From positions 12,393,571-12,457,570 of the forward strand of contig NC_068989.1 of the NCBI RefSeq assembly GCF_001194135.2: a stretch of DNA of 64,000 nucleotides, read 5' to 3'. This DNA comes from Octopus bimaculoides (taxonomy: Eukaryota). A program made the position numbers and the translations under genes. The notes below the pieces were generated by a model that saw only the letters and a list, made by a program, of their open reading frames with translations, was not told the DNA's origin and ran no database searches. Below, piece by piece: positions 13,736 to 25,777 of the stretch. Within the stretch, counting starts at the first letter, position 1. The number at the start of each line of letters is the position of its first letter.

Positions 13736-14123
13736 CGCGCACATAAACACATATACACACACGCACGCACACACGTAATGGAATTTCACGTCGATGACGA
13801 CATAAGAGTGTTCAGTTATAACTGACCGACCTGCACAAAAAAATTGCTTATCAAGATAATGTGTAGGTGCTGCATATTAGCTCATTTCTTGCATCAAGTC
13901 GACGTTGCTTGAGTAGGTATATCACGTGATCCCGTATCATATGTCACGTGTCGAGGTGACGACAGAGCAACACGTGATGAAGTGTCTTCATTAAGAACAA
14001 TGCACCACCCGTTCCTAGAATTGAAGCAACGATCTTACTATAAAGAATGCAACATGATAACGGTTAAACCTAGCATCACTGAGGTTAGGGTGTTGCACAC
14101 ATATATATATATATATGCGTGTG

Positions 14124-14161
<38 letters not shown>

Positions 14162-14379
14162 CACGTATGTATATATATATAAGTGTATATATGTATATGT
14201 ATGTATATACATATGTATATATATATATATATATATTTAAGCACACGCATGTGTGAGTATTTATCTACTTGTTTACGTGTATATCTATACCTATATATCT
14301 TTGTGTGTGGCGTCGTGTGTGCATGTACGAATATGTGAATGTAAATATGTAGGCACATATCTGTCAACTGATAAAGATT

Positions 14380-14850
14380 CCGTTCCTTTGATCCAGCGTT
14401 TGCAAGAAAAAAGCACCGAGAAGCTTCAATCAGTTCATGAATCAGCTGAGTTCGCGGTCCATATCAAAACCTGTAGGAAATATTTCAGATACCTTCCATT
14501 CTGTCTCTTTTGATGTTCTCCAACAAGAAACAAAGGAACACCAGGAATGGTTCGATGGTGATGATTCTCGCACAGTGGATTATCTAAGTAGAAGAACAAT
14601 TTTCCTCACAAAACATCGAGGTGGAAGCAGAAGGAAGGTCTAAATTACTCGAAGGACATTTAATGAATTCTAGACGTAAATCCGGGTCGTTTAAGTAACT
14701 AGAGCCTACCTTTAACAGAAAGGAAAGCAAGGCCTGCAGAGCAGGTTTTGAAACAGTATATGGCCCCAGGAAAGGTGACACCTCTAAGGAAAATACTTTA
14801 GCATCCTAGTAGACACATGGTGATCAGTTACTTATATACGGCTGCAAAAT
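14380..14850 (+). mobile_element. Decayed RTE-clade LINE ORF2 fragment (between endonuclease and RT)
   Basis: Fragments KEHQEWFDGDDS (cf. RKHQDWFDEND) and AGFETVYGPRKG (cf. LKAVYGP) occur in the expected order, with stops and frameshifts. Confidence 0.55.
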
Positions 14851-14986
14851 TGATGATAGTTTTATTCCTTCTATTCTTAGATAACTGGGAAAATCGAACT
14901 TCACCAGTGATCTGAGTATCAAAGTATTCAATCTTTATGGAAGAAAATCTTGGAAAACAATACTTGTAGATATAAACGATAAACGT

Positions 14987-15286
14987 CGCCCTTTTTAAAG
15001 CCTAGCCAGGCTCATGGGCCCGGTTTCCCGGTTTCTATGGCGTATGTGTTCCCCACAGTTGGACGGGACGCCAGTCCATCGCAGCGTTACTCAAGAAACA
15101 GGAAGAAAGAGTGAGAGAAAGTTGGGGCGAAAGACTACAATAAAGCTCGCCACCAACCCCTGCCCGAGCCTCGTGGAGCTTTAGGTGTTTTCGCTCAATA
15201 AACACTCACAACGCCCGGTCTGGAAATCGAAACCACGATCCTCCGACCGCGAGTCCGCTGCCCTAATCACTGGGCCATTGCGCCTC
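14987..15286 (-). mobile_element. tRNA-derived SINE, head B with tail Z (OR-type, from memory)
   Basis: Minus-strand head GAGGCGCAATGGCCCAGTGATTAGGGCAGCGGACTCGCGG..GGTTTCGATTTCC, shared body GAGCGAAAACACCTAAAGCTCCACGAGG, then a distinct tail GATGGACTGGCGTCCCGTCC...AGAAACCGGGAAACCGGGCCCATGAG. Confidence 0.85.
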
Positions 15287-15304
15287 AACACTTGTAGATA
15301 TATT

Positions 15305-15497
15305 GGTTTAAAATTTTGGCATAAGGCTAGCAAGTGTGAGGGGGTGGATAAGCCAATTACAGCGACCCCAGTGCTCATGTGGTACTTATGTTATCGATCT
15401 TGATAGGATGATAGGCAAAGTGGACCTCGGCAGATTTTCAACTCAGAGTGTAATAAGAGACGAAATGCCGCTAAGTATTATGCCCGGTATGCTAACG
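15305..15497 (-). mobile_element. Family-C SINE (diverged)
   Basis: Contains GGCAAAGTGGACCTCGGCAGATTTTCAACTCAGA and GACGAAATGCCGCTAAG, the reverse complement of the family-C core. Confidence 0.7.
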
Positions 15498-16209
15498 GAA
15501 ATGTCACCATAAATGTCACTAGAGATATTGGCATTCCTGAAATATGCACGTGTAATGAAAATATCTTGGACAGAACTCTTTGAATTAATTCCTTTTCCAG
15601 AGTAAAAGAAGAACATCTTAATACACATTTCGGTTTATCAGGGCAGGACGACATCCGATGCTTTTTCAGGAACGAAAATCAACTGCACACACACCATAAT
15701 TTGTCGAATACTCTTTCTTATAGAGGCTGTGTTCCGTGCGGTGGTGCATGTGCGTGCGTGTGCGCGCGTGTTGATATGTGTATGTCTGTTGATGTGTGTG
15801 TGTGTATTGAAAGATAGACTGCATTTATGTTGTGTACCAACATTGCTCTAGCACAATCCCCTATTATATAACTACAATAACCTTAAGAATTTTGATAAAA
15901 TTTTAACAAGGCAATTTTTATATTCTACATTCTATATTCTATTAAAGCCGACCTCATATAATTAAAATTAAGAAAAAAGTGTGTTTACACTCCTGAACTA
16001 CTTTGTGAATTGTTTCTTTTAATTGGAAATGTTTATTGTTATATCTACAATATTTGCATTCTTTCGAACAATGGACGTTACAATAAGAATACAACTTTTC
16101 TTATCCATGGTAACTGATGGCCATTAATCCAAACAAACGTTCCACTACATAGAGATATTTAAATACGCCTGTCAAATCAATCCTGATAAAAACGTAGTTA
16201 TATACTGGG

Positions 16210-16570
16210 TTCAAATTTTTGGCTCAAGGCTAGCAATTTCAGGGAATTGGTTAAGTCGATTACGTCGACCCCAGCACTCAAATGGTACTTAATTTATCGA
16301 CCACGAAAAGATGAAAGGCAAAGTCGACCTTGGCGAAAACTGATTTCCGAAAACTTATCTCCGACAGACGAAATGCCTAATTCTTTCGATACATCGACCT
16401 CAGTACTCTACTGGTACTTATTTTATCGCTAACAATTTGATGACAGACAAGGTTGACCCCGGCTGAATTTGAACTCAGAATGTAATCCTTTGTACAATAG
16501 GCACAAGACCTGACATTTTTAGGGAGGGGGCTATTCGATTACCAGTGCGTACCTGGTACTTAGTCGACCT
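16210..16570 (-). mobile_element. Three tandem family-C SINE fragments
   Basis: The segment TCGACCCCAG..CTGGTACTTA..TTATCG recurs three times (about 16265, 16395, 16550). Confidence 0.7.
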
Positions 16571-16672
16571 CTCAACTTCCTCCGCAATCACCGCCAACAC
16601 CTGATGCGGGGAACACTGTGCACTTGTTCAGGCNNNNNNNNNNNNNNNNNNNNNNNNNNNNNNNNNNTATAT

Positions 16673-16717
<45 letters not shown>

Positions 16718-16785
16718 AACAAATTTAACAGAATGAGATAAAAATCCAAGGCTGTGAAACATATCAGAACATTTATAAATAGAAT

Positions 16786-16833
16786 GTCTTACAGCTATTT
16801 CCGGGGTATTTTATATATCCCTTCATCGGAGAC
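16786..16833 (-). ncRNA. Degenerate minimal type-I hammerhead ribozyme motif
   Basis: Stem I GUCU/AGAC; core CCGAUGA (U4 to C); stem II GGGAUAU/AUACCCC with one mismatch; GAAA; near-palindromic stem III A-UAGCUG-U; GUA triplet. Confidence 0.6.
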
Positions 16834-17216
16834 GGTGTGAGAAAACGGTTAGGCAGTAGTTATTCTAGATGAGATATGAAATAGAGAGTGAAGTTGAGGA
16901 ATGAAGATAGACGTGAGATATGCAGGGATATTGTATCTTCAGTTCAATTATTTAGGCAGGATGGTATACATATATATATTTATATAAATAAAGATAAGAT
17001 CGTTATTTAAAAATACCGATCTTATCAGGTGGCCAGCATGGGAATAAAAACCTCAGAGGTAATAATTATTATAAAAATTATAATTTAGGCTATCTAAGAG
17101 ATATCACCATGTTTGAAATAGCAGTCAAACGTTGACTCTAAACCACATTAAATGTTCATACAGCACCAGCAGTAAAGACAAAGAGACAAAATAAACTAGC
17201 AAAAAATTACTGGATA

Positions 17217-17275
17217 ATTCCAGATCCCGGATTTCTGCCTCTGCATAAGAAATGCTCTGCCTTCATCTGTGGAAT
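17217..17275 (-). ncRNA. Degenerate hammerhead-like motif
   Basis: Perfect 6-bp stem I AUUCCA/UGGAAU; core CAGAUGA (U4 to A); GAAA; stem III A-UCCGGGA-U; AUC triplet. Stem II is poor (only GCAU/AUGC, internal). Confidence 0.45.
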
Positions 17276-17496
17276 ATACTCAGATAGTGCATAAATACAA
17301 ATTGATATATATATATACATACATCGATACGAATGCTTACATGTACGAACGTATACATTCATATATATGCACGTATGCACGTGACCAGTCTAAATTTTCT
17401 CCTGGTGCTGTATGAACATTGAATGTGGTTTTAGAGTCAAAGTTTGACTGCTATTTCATGCATGGTGGTATCTCTTAGATACCCTAAATTATAATT

Positions 17497-17527
<31 letters not shown>

Positions 17528-18619
17528 CTGTATGTGTTTGCGCTTGGCTGTGTTTGTCCGCATCTGTGTTTGTTTGCGTACATGTGTGTGTGTATGTGTG
17601 TGTGTGCATGTGTGTGTTGTGCATGAATTTGAAAGTTCTTCAAAACAATGGTCTACTGTGAGCCTTATTTACGTTAAAAGGTAGCATTAGCCGTTCACTG
17701 AGTATAAATCAATAAAGTAAATAACGTATTAAAGTAAGTAGTAGATTCGTTGTTACAGAGTAAAACACGTTGAATCAGTGAACCACAATGGCCGCATACC
17801 CATAACTGAAAGAATTAAAGAATAAAAGAATATCCGCACTAAAGCTAATAAACGTAACCATACTTCCTTATACAAAACAATCTGAGGTCATGACTCCTCA
17901 ATAGTCCAGCAAGTGATCAGATATCCTACCCACCCCCTTAGTTTTCCTGGAAATTATTCCAGTGAATTCAAACTTCGTTTTTAATTGTTAGCTATAATAT
18001 TTCAAACGGTTATTTAAAATATCTACAAGTAACATCTAGTACACTTTACTTTTAAAATGGAACATCATCTGTGTTATATAACTAACCAGTTCAATAGATT
18101 AACCAAGAATTAACTGCTCAGTTCCTATACAGAAGCTTTTAAGTAACTATTATTGTATAATATAACTCTAGACATCACATATTTAAGCAATATAATTTTA
18201 ACTACGACTCTATAAATAATGTTATGATCAGTATTTCCTGTAAAATATTTTATGTTAACTCTCCTTAATACTTTATTCCTCAAACACATTTCAGCTGACC
18301 AATGAACCACAATGTGATTCAGCAGATTCCACAGAAGTAATAGATTTAGTCAAATTGCTTACCAAATCTCCCATAAAGACTAACCTACTTAAATATAGTA
18401 CAAAGTTTAGATATTGTATGCTTTTATACACATTAAAACATGGGAAAATCGGTAGCGGGATATATTTGACCATTCGTAATTCGGTTAGGACACGATTCAG
18501 AACTAAATACCCCCCCCACCACCACCACAGGAGCAGAGAGTAATAATAACACCAGGAATACCTATACGTAACTAACTTTGATTGCTTAGATATGTTTCGG
18601 CGAGAGACTGGCCTAGGCC

Positions 18620-19000
18620 ATATCTAATTTATTATCAGAACCTGATAGGAAATGTTAAGTCGACTTTTAAGAAAGGCTTTGTGGCATTATGGCCCATTTC
18701 AAGTAGTGGGTAGTTGTTGACTAAGATGTATCCAGGTCTAGGTGGCTAATTTGGTATCCTTTGAAGAAATTTGCCCAGGTTTTACTGGAAGGAGAGATCT
18801 TCCTCGTGTTTGATTTAGTTTGGGGGCAATGTTAAATAAAGCAGCGTCAGTTGACGTGAAATAGTTCTGTGGTATGGGCACAGTTTTTGTAGAGGATGGA
18901 TAAGAAAGGAACCATGCAACGGGAAATGTTTATGGAATATGAAAGAAAATATATGAGTCTTGGTGTTAGCTTGGAATGAATCAGCGAATGTAGAATAGGA
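18620..19000 (-). mobile_element. Decayed 3' end of a CR1/L2-group LINE ORF2
   Basis: Minus frames give AALFNIAPK and NLGKFLQRIPN*PPRPGYILVNNYPLLE, resembling the recalled C-terminal LFN.LP...LDKFL..IPDQP..PGY....NSLL pattern. Confidence 0.55.
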
Positions 19001-19086
19001 GAGACAGGAACGAAAAGAGTAGTAATATATCAATGGCTAGAAACTAAGCACAGATTTTGGAATAGTGGCGTTTATACAGCAGTATG

Positions 19087-19126
<40 letters not shown>

Positions 19127-19157
19127 AACACACACACATATATATATTTATATACAT

Positions 19158-19200
<43 letters not shown>

Positions 19201-19763
19201 TATGTATGTATATATATATATATATNNNNNNNNNNNNNNNNNNNNNNNNNNNNNNNNNNNNNNNNNNNNNNNNNNNNNATATATACACATATGTGCGTCT
19301 GTGTGTATACACGTACATACTGACTCTCTCTCTCTCTCACACACACACGCACAGACACAAACATTTTTATTTAAAAAATATTTTATCCAAAAAAAAAAAA
19401 AGCTTATGATAGTCACAATATTTGAAGAAAGATTTCCTGAAAATAAAATATATTAATTATATAAAAAAATATTTAAAAATTGCAATGAAAAACTTCTGTT
19501 GAAGCTAAGTTTTTGTATTGAGTATAAGTGCTTTCTATGTTAAATTTTTTGAAACAGACGTGTCATGCGGTAATCCATCAAGAAGATTAACCCATAACGC
19601 GTGTGTTGAAAAACTAGACAATGAAAGCGCTTAAAACATCCTTTCGAAAAAGTTCGTGTCATTGTCTTTTTAAGGATCTTATTTATATAATCAATAAATT
19701 TTCTTTTATTTTTTAATTTAAGAAAATCTTTGTTCAGATATCTATCTCTCAATCTATCAGTCA

Positions 19764-19811
<48 letters not shown>

Positions 19812-20109
19812 CTGTGTGTGTGTGTGTGAGTGTGTGCGTATAACAAAATGTAACTTAAAATATTTCTGTTTCCACGTCATTTTAAATGTTTCTTAAAATA
19901 CTTTCAGCTTTATAAATGATAGATGATGTGGAACGAAATTCTAAGCTCTTAATGTACCTTCTAGTCATAAGCAAAACTATATATACAGAAATTGTATTGT
20001 ATGCATGTATACATGTATATATGCATGCATGTATGTATGTATGTATGTATGTATGTATGTTTCTATGAATATATGTATGTATATCTATCTATCTGTATAT
20101 ATGCATATA

Positions 20110-20172
<63 letters not shown>

Positions 20173-21767
20173 GCTCGTGCATATGCATACGGACAGGCAG
20201 AGCTTAGTTTTTTTCTTAATAAAATATTCGGATCATTCTCTGAAGTTAAAGCTATTTACTATGGAGTGTCCGTGATTGTTCCCATAATCCAGTACTCTGT
20301 TATCCGCTAACATGCTTGCTATACAGTGAGTGCTGCGGATATCCTCGAAGATTTTTTACGCTTCCTTTCTTCAGGAACAGCTTGAAGCATTGGCGAACGG
20401 TTAACGTCATTAGAGAGCATAAATAATGCGGAAGATATTATAGAACAAGGCAGCATAGCAAGCGATGGGAGAAACTAGGGAGGATATAGGTAAAACTCTA
20501 CTTAATAAAAGACCAAAGAAGCTTCCTAATATCACATAACACAGCCACAATGAAAGAATAAGGTACTTCATAAAGGGGAATTAGAAATAACTTCGAGGAA
20601 ACATGAATTGAAACAATGAAGGAAATGGTGAAAAATACACATGATAATCAGTGCACAAACAATGAAAACATGTTAATAATCTAAAAACGAACAAGTGAAA
20701 TCTACGAAAGTATAAATAAATACATATAAATAGGTGTTGCATGAAATTGTCTTCTTGGTATGCAATTGTCCGAATATTGAAAGACTTAGTAATCGATTTC
20801 TACTATTTAGTAGTTGTGGTAACATCGAAAGAAAATAAGTTTGATGTCAAGAATGTCAGAGAAGAAACGGAAAATCTATCATTTTTTGAACGAAATAATA
20901 AAAAGGAGAGTTCATCATAAAGAAAAGAAAGGAAAACATTTATATAAATGAAGACAACATGCAAGCCAGAAGGAAAGTTCAAACAAAGCATAACAGCAGA
21001 ATCCTACAGGATAACACGATTTGAACAATCTGAAACTCATCTTCTAGAATAAAGTATTTCACTAAAATATCAAAAACTGATTACCAAAGAAAGAAAACAA
21101 GTACATTCTTGGGAGACATTTTTGGTTGGCATTATTGTTATTCTGTGAAAGGCAAGGGTGGTTTGACGATGATGATGATGACAGAAAGATTCTAAATAAT
21201 AATGATGGAGGTCGCTCCCATTGATTTCGACGTATTGGGAGTCTGAAGGAGTGGTTAAAAAAAAGAAAAACAGCGATTTAAAAAATAAGCTGCATCTGTT
21301 TGCGATGGATACTCGTGAATTCAGGTATGTATATTGCTAAGTCACAATAGGGACAATAATGAATTTGATTTTGCCTGGTATTGTACAAAATTGTCTGTTG
21401 ATTACAGAATACAGTCCTTTTACTGTATTCTCCAACTCAAATTGTTAAGTTGCGTCATATTTTACGCCACTCAGATCAATTTAAGCAGTAACTCTTCCAG
21501 GCTGCTAAATAACGCTATAGGGATTTTAGTGATTGCGTCAGCTTATATTTATAACTTAGCAGGGTTCCTGTTCTACCAAGGAATCCCTCTAATCATGGGT
21601 AATGCAATAGAAATTTCGGATTGTAACCGTCTTGCATTCGAATAAAACCCGGACATCTGCGCTAAATTTTAAGAAGCATGCTTACGATAACGGAGAAATC
21701 ATGTTTAACTAAAGTCTTGATATGTCTTGCCATTTTATTATATTATTTTTGGCAGAGTCTTTAACAC

Positions 21768-21913
21768 GCCGGTCGAGATATTTAACGGCATTTTGTCCGT
21801 CTTCACCCTCTTAGTTCAAAATCTACCGAGGTCGACTTTGCCTTTCATCCTTCGGGGTCGATAAAATACATACCATTAGAGAACTGGGGTCGATGTAATC
21901 GACTTTTACTCCC
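21768..21913 (+). mobile_element. Family-C SINE (5'-eroded)
   Basis: CCGAGGTCGACTTTGCCTTTCATCCTTCGGGGTCGATAAAATA..CTGGGGTCGATGTAATCGACTT. Confidence 0.85.
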
Positions 21914-22019
21914 ATGTGTATAACGTGCTATATTATATTTTATGTTTAAAAATTTTCAGGACAAACACATCCTATAAATCAAGTACCTGATAAAAATTAA
22001 TAAAGTGAAACTTCAGTTC

Positions 22020-22153
22020 TATATCTGAGAAATGAGGAATTATGTACGTTATTTACATTATTTACATTTGGCGGATAATTGTCCTCATCTTGTTTATTGT
22101 TAACACAACGTTTCGGCTGAGACCTAGGTTCTCATTCCTAAGGTATTTTTCGA

Positions 22154-22186
<33 letters not shown>

Positions 22187-22213
22187 CATTATTATTATTA
22201 TTATTATTATTAT
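22020..22213 (-). mobile_element. Family-E (hammerhead SINE) copy, 5'-truncated in (AAT)n and internally deleted
   Basis: Shares TTATTTACATTTG..TTGTCCTCATCTTGTTT..GTTAACACAACGTTTCGGCTGA and TCATTCCTAAGGTATTTT with 31755-31905. The segment carrying CTGATGA is missing. Confidence 0.8.
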
Positions 22214-23536
22214 AAGCTCTCTGAGAGACAGATTTTCATAAAGAAACGTTAACATGATATCAACAAAATTTTGTCGAAGATTGATGTGTGCACATCTGTA
22301 CTTTCTCCATATGGAACCGCATTTATAAGTGGTTCTAAATCTTAATAATAGATAGTATAAACGATAGATGCATGTCATACGAACAGATATCATTGATTTC
22401 TGCTGTATAATCTTGTCATCAGTAACGCCAGTATACCATATATTTATACCTACATGCTTTCACATATACGCATATATATGTCTTTCTATATACATGATGT
22501 ATGCAGGCACACATATATGTGCATTATGTAACTTTCAACCCTTTGTATATATGTATATGTGCGCGCGTGTTTGTACAGAGAGAGAGAGTATGAAAACTAG
22601 AGAAATTCAGATAGATCTATGTATAGATACACACATTCATAGATTTAGATATGTATACGATGTTATACGCCTATATAAATATGCAGATGTTTAAATAAAC
22701 TTACGCACATATGTCATTTTGTGTATGCAGATGTGTGTGGTTGTGCATGCGTGAATGTGTGTTTGAATGCATGAATCCACTTGACAATTCTCTGCTGCAC
22801 TGAATTCATGCATACATGAAATAAAGAAACTAACCACCCATTCCTGAATGATCCATCAAACGGAAGCAGTCAGCCAAATAATGTTGTACATATCACATCA
22901 CAATCATATCACAAAGTACACAAATTCTTCATCTCTTTAAAACGGAGAAAAATAATAGGAAAAAGCAAAACTAAACTGGAAAATCCTGTCTTAAATTTGT
23001 TTTATTTTATTATTTACTTACACATTTGTGCTTTTCAGATGTCTCTTCACTGTTTAAAAATTTCCGAAGCATTTAATTTCAGATGTATAATTCGTTGCAA
23101 GATTTCACTTTGAAAGCTAACAGTATCGCACAGAATGATTTCCGTTTGTTCTAACATTTTCATAGTCAATCAATGTCACCACCAACATCATAATCTTTTG
23201 TAGATCCATGTATCAGATATTTACATATACACGCTGCCAATTTTCATCTTCAGCAATATTATTACAAATACTACACACTCGACATAACCAAACTTTATCA
23301 TCAGAACCCATAAAATTCAAGCAACTATTATTCGTATTATTTATATTGTTTAACATAACAACCCCGCTGGGGACTGCAAGTGGACTAACGTTACACAATT
23401 CATTCAGCTTTCGAAAACTGATCCATGCAGCCCCTTTTTCTGTAGTTGTTCGTCTTCACGTTTGCTCATATCTTTTTCAATGAGTTTGTGGGACTGTTAT
23501 TAACACTACTCAGAGCTCCAGCAACAACGTTGTTGC

Positions 23537-23920
23537 TTGTTGGCACTCCGTCGCTTATGACGTCGAGGGTTCCAGTTGAACCGATCAACGGAACAGCCTG
23601 CTTGTGAAATTAACATGCAAGTGGCTGAGCACTCCACAGACACGTGTACCCTTAACGTAGTTCTTGGGGGATATTCAGCGTTACACAGAGTGTGACAAGG
23701 CTGACCCTCTGAATTACAGGCACAACAGAAACAGGAAGTAAGAGTGAGAGAAAGTTGTGGTGAAAGAGTACAGCAGGGTTCGCCACCATCCCATGCCGGG
23801 GCATCGTGGAGCTTTAGGTGTTTTCGCTCAATGAACACTCACAACGCCCGGTCTGGGAATCGAAACCGCGATCCTATGACCGCGAGTCCGCTGCCCTAAC
23901 CACTGGGCCATTGCGCCTCC
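23537..23920 (-). mobile_element. Full-length tRNA-derived SINE, head B with tail Y (OR-type, from memory)
   Basis: Minus strand starts GGAGGCGCAATGGCCCAGTGGTTAGGGCAGCGG (A-box), has GGTTTCGATTCCC (B-box) and ends GACGGAGTGCCAAC. Closely similar to 36726-37104. Confidence 0.92.
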
Positions 23921-23949
23921 ACTCCGGCAATAACAACAAATATAATACT

Positions 23950-24729
23950 CACCATTCTCAATGATCAAGACCACCTTCTTCAAGTCTTTTTCATTCCTAC
24001 TTCAAACCATTATATCTGACCAGATTCTTTGTTTTCCCCCCGATATTATCTCAGCTCCAGAGTATACAATATCTGCGCTTAAACAGTTTTTCCTCCTTAT
24101 TCACAGCCACTATATTCGGCTTTCGATGTACAGTTTCATGAATCATTAATCTCACCGTATGTTTCACATGTTCTCAATTTTTCCTCATGGGATCTTTCCG
24201 TACAATCTCTTCGTGCACATGCCACGCATCTCCCCAGCAATCATTCTTACAACATCATCGTCTCTTCTTTCGTATGCTTTTCAGGCCAACTTCGTGCAAT
24301 CATTCACAATATTGTATACGTCTTCCCCTTTATCACTGCACATTCCGTGCTTGTCATTTTCTGTTGTATTGTCAATCCTGCATTTAGAGTAATTTGTCCA
24401 AAGTGCTTGTTTCAAGTAACACGGATAAGCGCTTCTATTTCTGACTTCATGTCACTCTTCTTTAGCCAATGCCACTTCCATCAAGATCTGTATTCCTGCT
24501 CGTCTCTCTCGCAAACTACCTTTTTACTCTTTTACTCTTTTACTTGTTTCAGTCATTTGACTGCGGCCATGCTGCATCACCGCCTTTAGTCGAATCAAAT
24601 CGACCCCAAGACTTATTCTTTTTAAGCCTACTACTTATTCTATCGGTCTCTTTTGCCGACCCGCTAAGTTACGGTGCCCTAAACACACCAGCATCGGTTG
24701 TCAAGCGATGTTGGAGGGACAAACACAGC

Positions 24730-24785
<56 letters not shown>

Positions 24786-24911
24786 NNNNNNNNNNNNNNN
24801 NNNNNNNNNNNNNNNNNNNNNNNNNNNNNNNNNNNNNNNNNNNNNNNNNNNNNNNNNNNNNNNNNNNNNNNNNNNNNNNNNNNNNNNNNNNNNNNNNNNN
24901 NNNNNNNNNNN

Positions 24912-24942
<31 letters not shown>

Positions 24943-25620
24943 CGAGCTTCCTTCAGTTTCCGCCTACCAAATCCACTCACAAGGCTTTGGTCGGGCCGAG
25001 GCTATAGTAGTAGACACTTGCCCAAGGTGCCACACAGTGGGACTGAACCCAGAACCATGTGGTTGGTAAGCAAACTACCTGTACAAATTTTCCATTCCAT
25101 TTTTTTTGTCATCCTTCCTCTATTTTTGGTCATCCTGTCTCCACGCGAGTGTTTACCCTGATTATACTAGATATTCTTATCTGAACTAGCAATGATTCTA
25201 TGAGACTCTTGCAATCTCATTCCAAGCTATTTCATTCTGATCGTATACAACTTTCAGAGCTGATTAGCCATCACCCATCTTTGTGCCTGGTTAGATACAG
25301 CATATCAACATCGCTATTGAGGTGGAATGCTCTGTGCATTATGAATCGTTGTTCTGATTTACGATCTAGCCTATGTATCTCCGATTTCCTCCAGTTGTGG
25401 TACTTGTATCGTACTTCAATAAAGCAATCGTCCATGCATTGTTTGCTTGAAACTTATTTTTTTCCATTCAGTTTTGATGTTCTTACGAAATGCTTTTCTT
25501 CATTTTATCTCCCAGCAATTCATTCACCACTAATATGCCCAAGTATTTATACCCAGTATCATCAATTCTTTGCAGCATGTTTGTTTCTTTTTTCTGGCGT
25601 TTTACGATCTTATTTCAAAT
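23950..25620 (-). mobile_element. Decayed R4/Dong-like (restriction-like endonuclease) non-LTR retrotransposon, RT C-terminus to CCHC/RLE region, interrupted by a family-D SINE at 24521-25069
   Basis: In order on the minus strand: GYKYLGIL, NKFQANNAWTIALLKY, WRKSEIHRLDRK..MHRAFHLNSDVDMLYL.R..G*WLIS, WLKKSDMKSEIEALI, and a decayed CRIDN..NDK.GMC.DKGEDVYNIVNDCTKLA*KAY.RR.D zinc-knuckle block. This is the motif order of R4-clade ORFs. Confidence 0.8.
24521..25069 (-). mobile_element. Family-D tRNA-derived SINE with internal (CA)/(TA) microsatellite and gap, (AGTAAAAG)n tail and 10-bp TSD
   Basis: Matches 51999-52405. GCAAACTACC is repeated at 24511-24520 and 25070-25079. Confidence 0.9.
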
Positions 25621-25777
25621 CTAGCTGTGGTAAACACCGCATTTCGCTCTCTCGGAATGGATAATATAAACTACGACTCAAGTACATAAGTTGATAGAAC
25701 CGATTAACCCCATCCTTCGAAAATTGCTGACTTTACCAATATTGCAAACTAAAATTATTAATTATATCTAACGTGGC

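Larger units (their letters stand above)
16717..17500 (-). mobile_element. Penelope-like element remnant(s) with two hammerhead-like motifs and an internal inverted repeat
   Basis: Flanked by (TA)n. Minus-strand motifs GTCT-CCGATGA..GAAATAGCTGTA-AGAC and ATTCCA-CAGATGA..GAAATCCGGGATC-TGGAAT. Inverted arms at 17075-17169 and 17402-17497. No RT or GIY-YIG ORF seen, so the PLE call is inferred. Confidence 0.55.

Noticed and set aside
20380-21150. A-rich, purine-skewed stretch that might be a decayed LINE ORF
   Set aside because: No diagnostic motif could be recovered in any frame.
23213-23455. Minus-strand open frame containing WLCRVCSIC
   Set aside because: Cysteine spacing does not complete any zinc-finger pattern I can name, and splice sites are mediocre.
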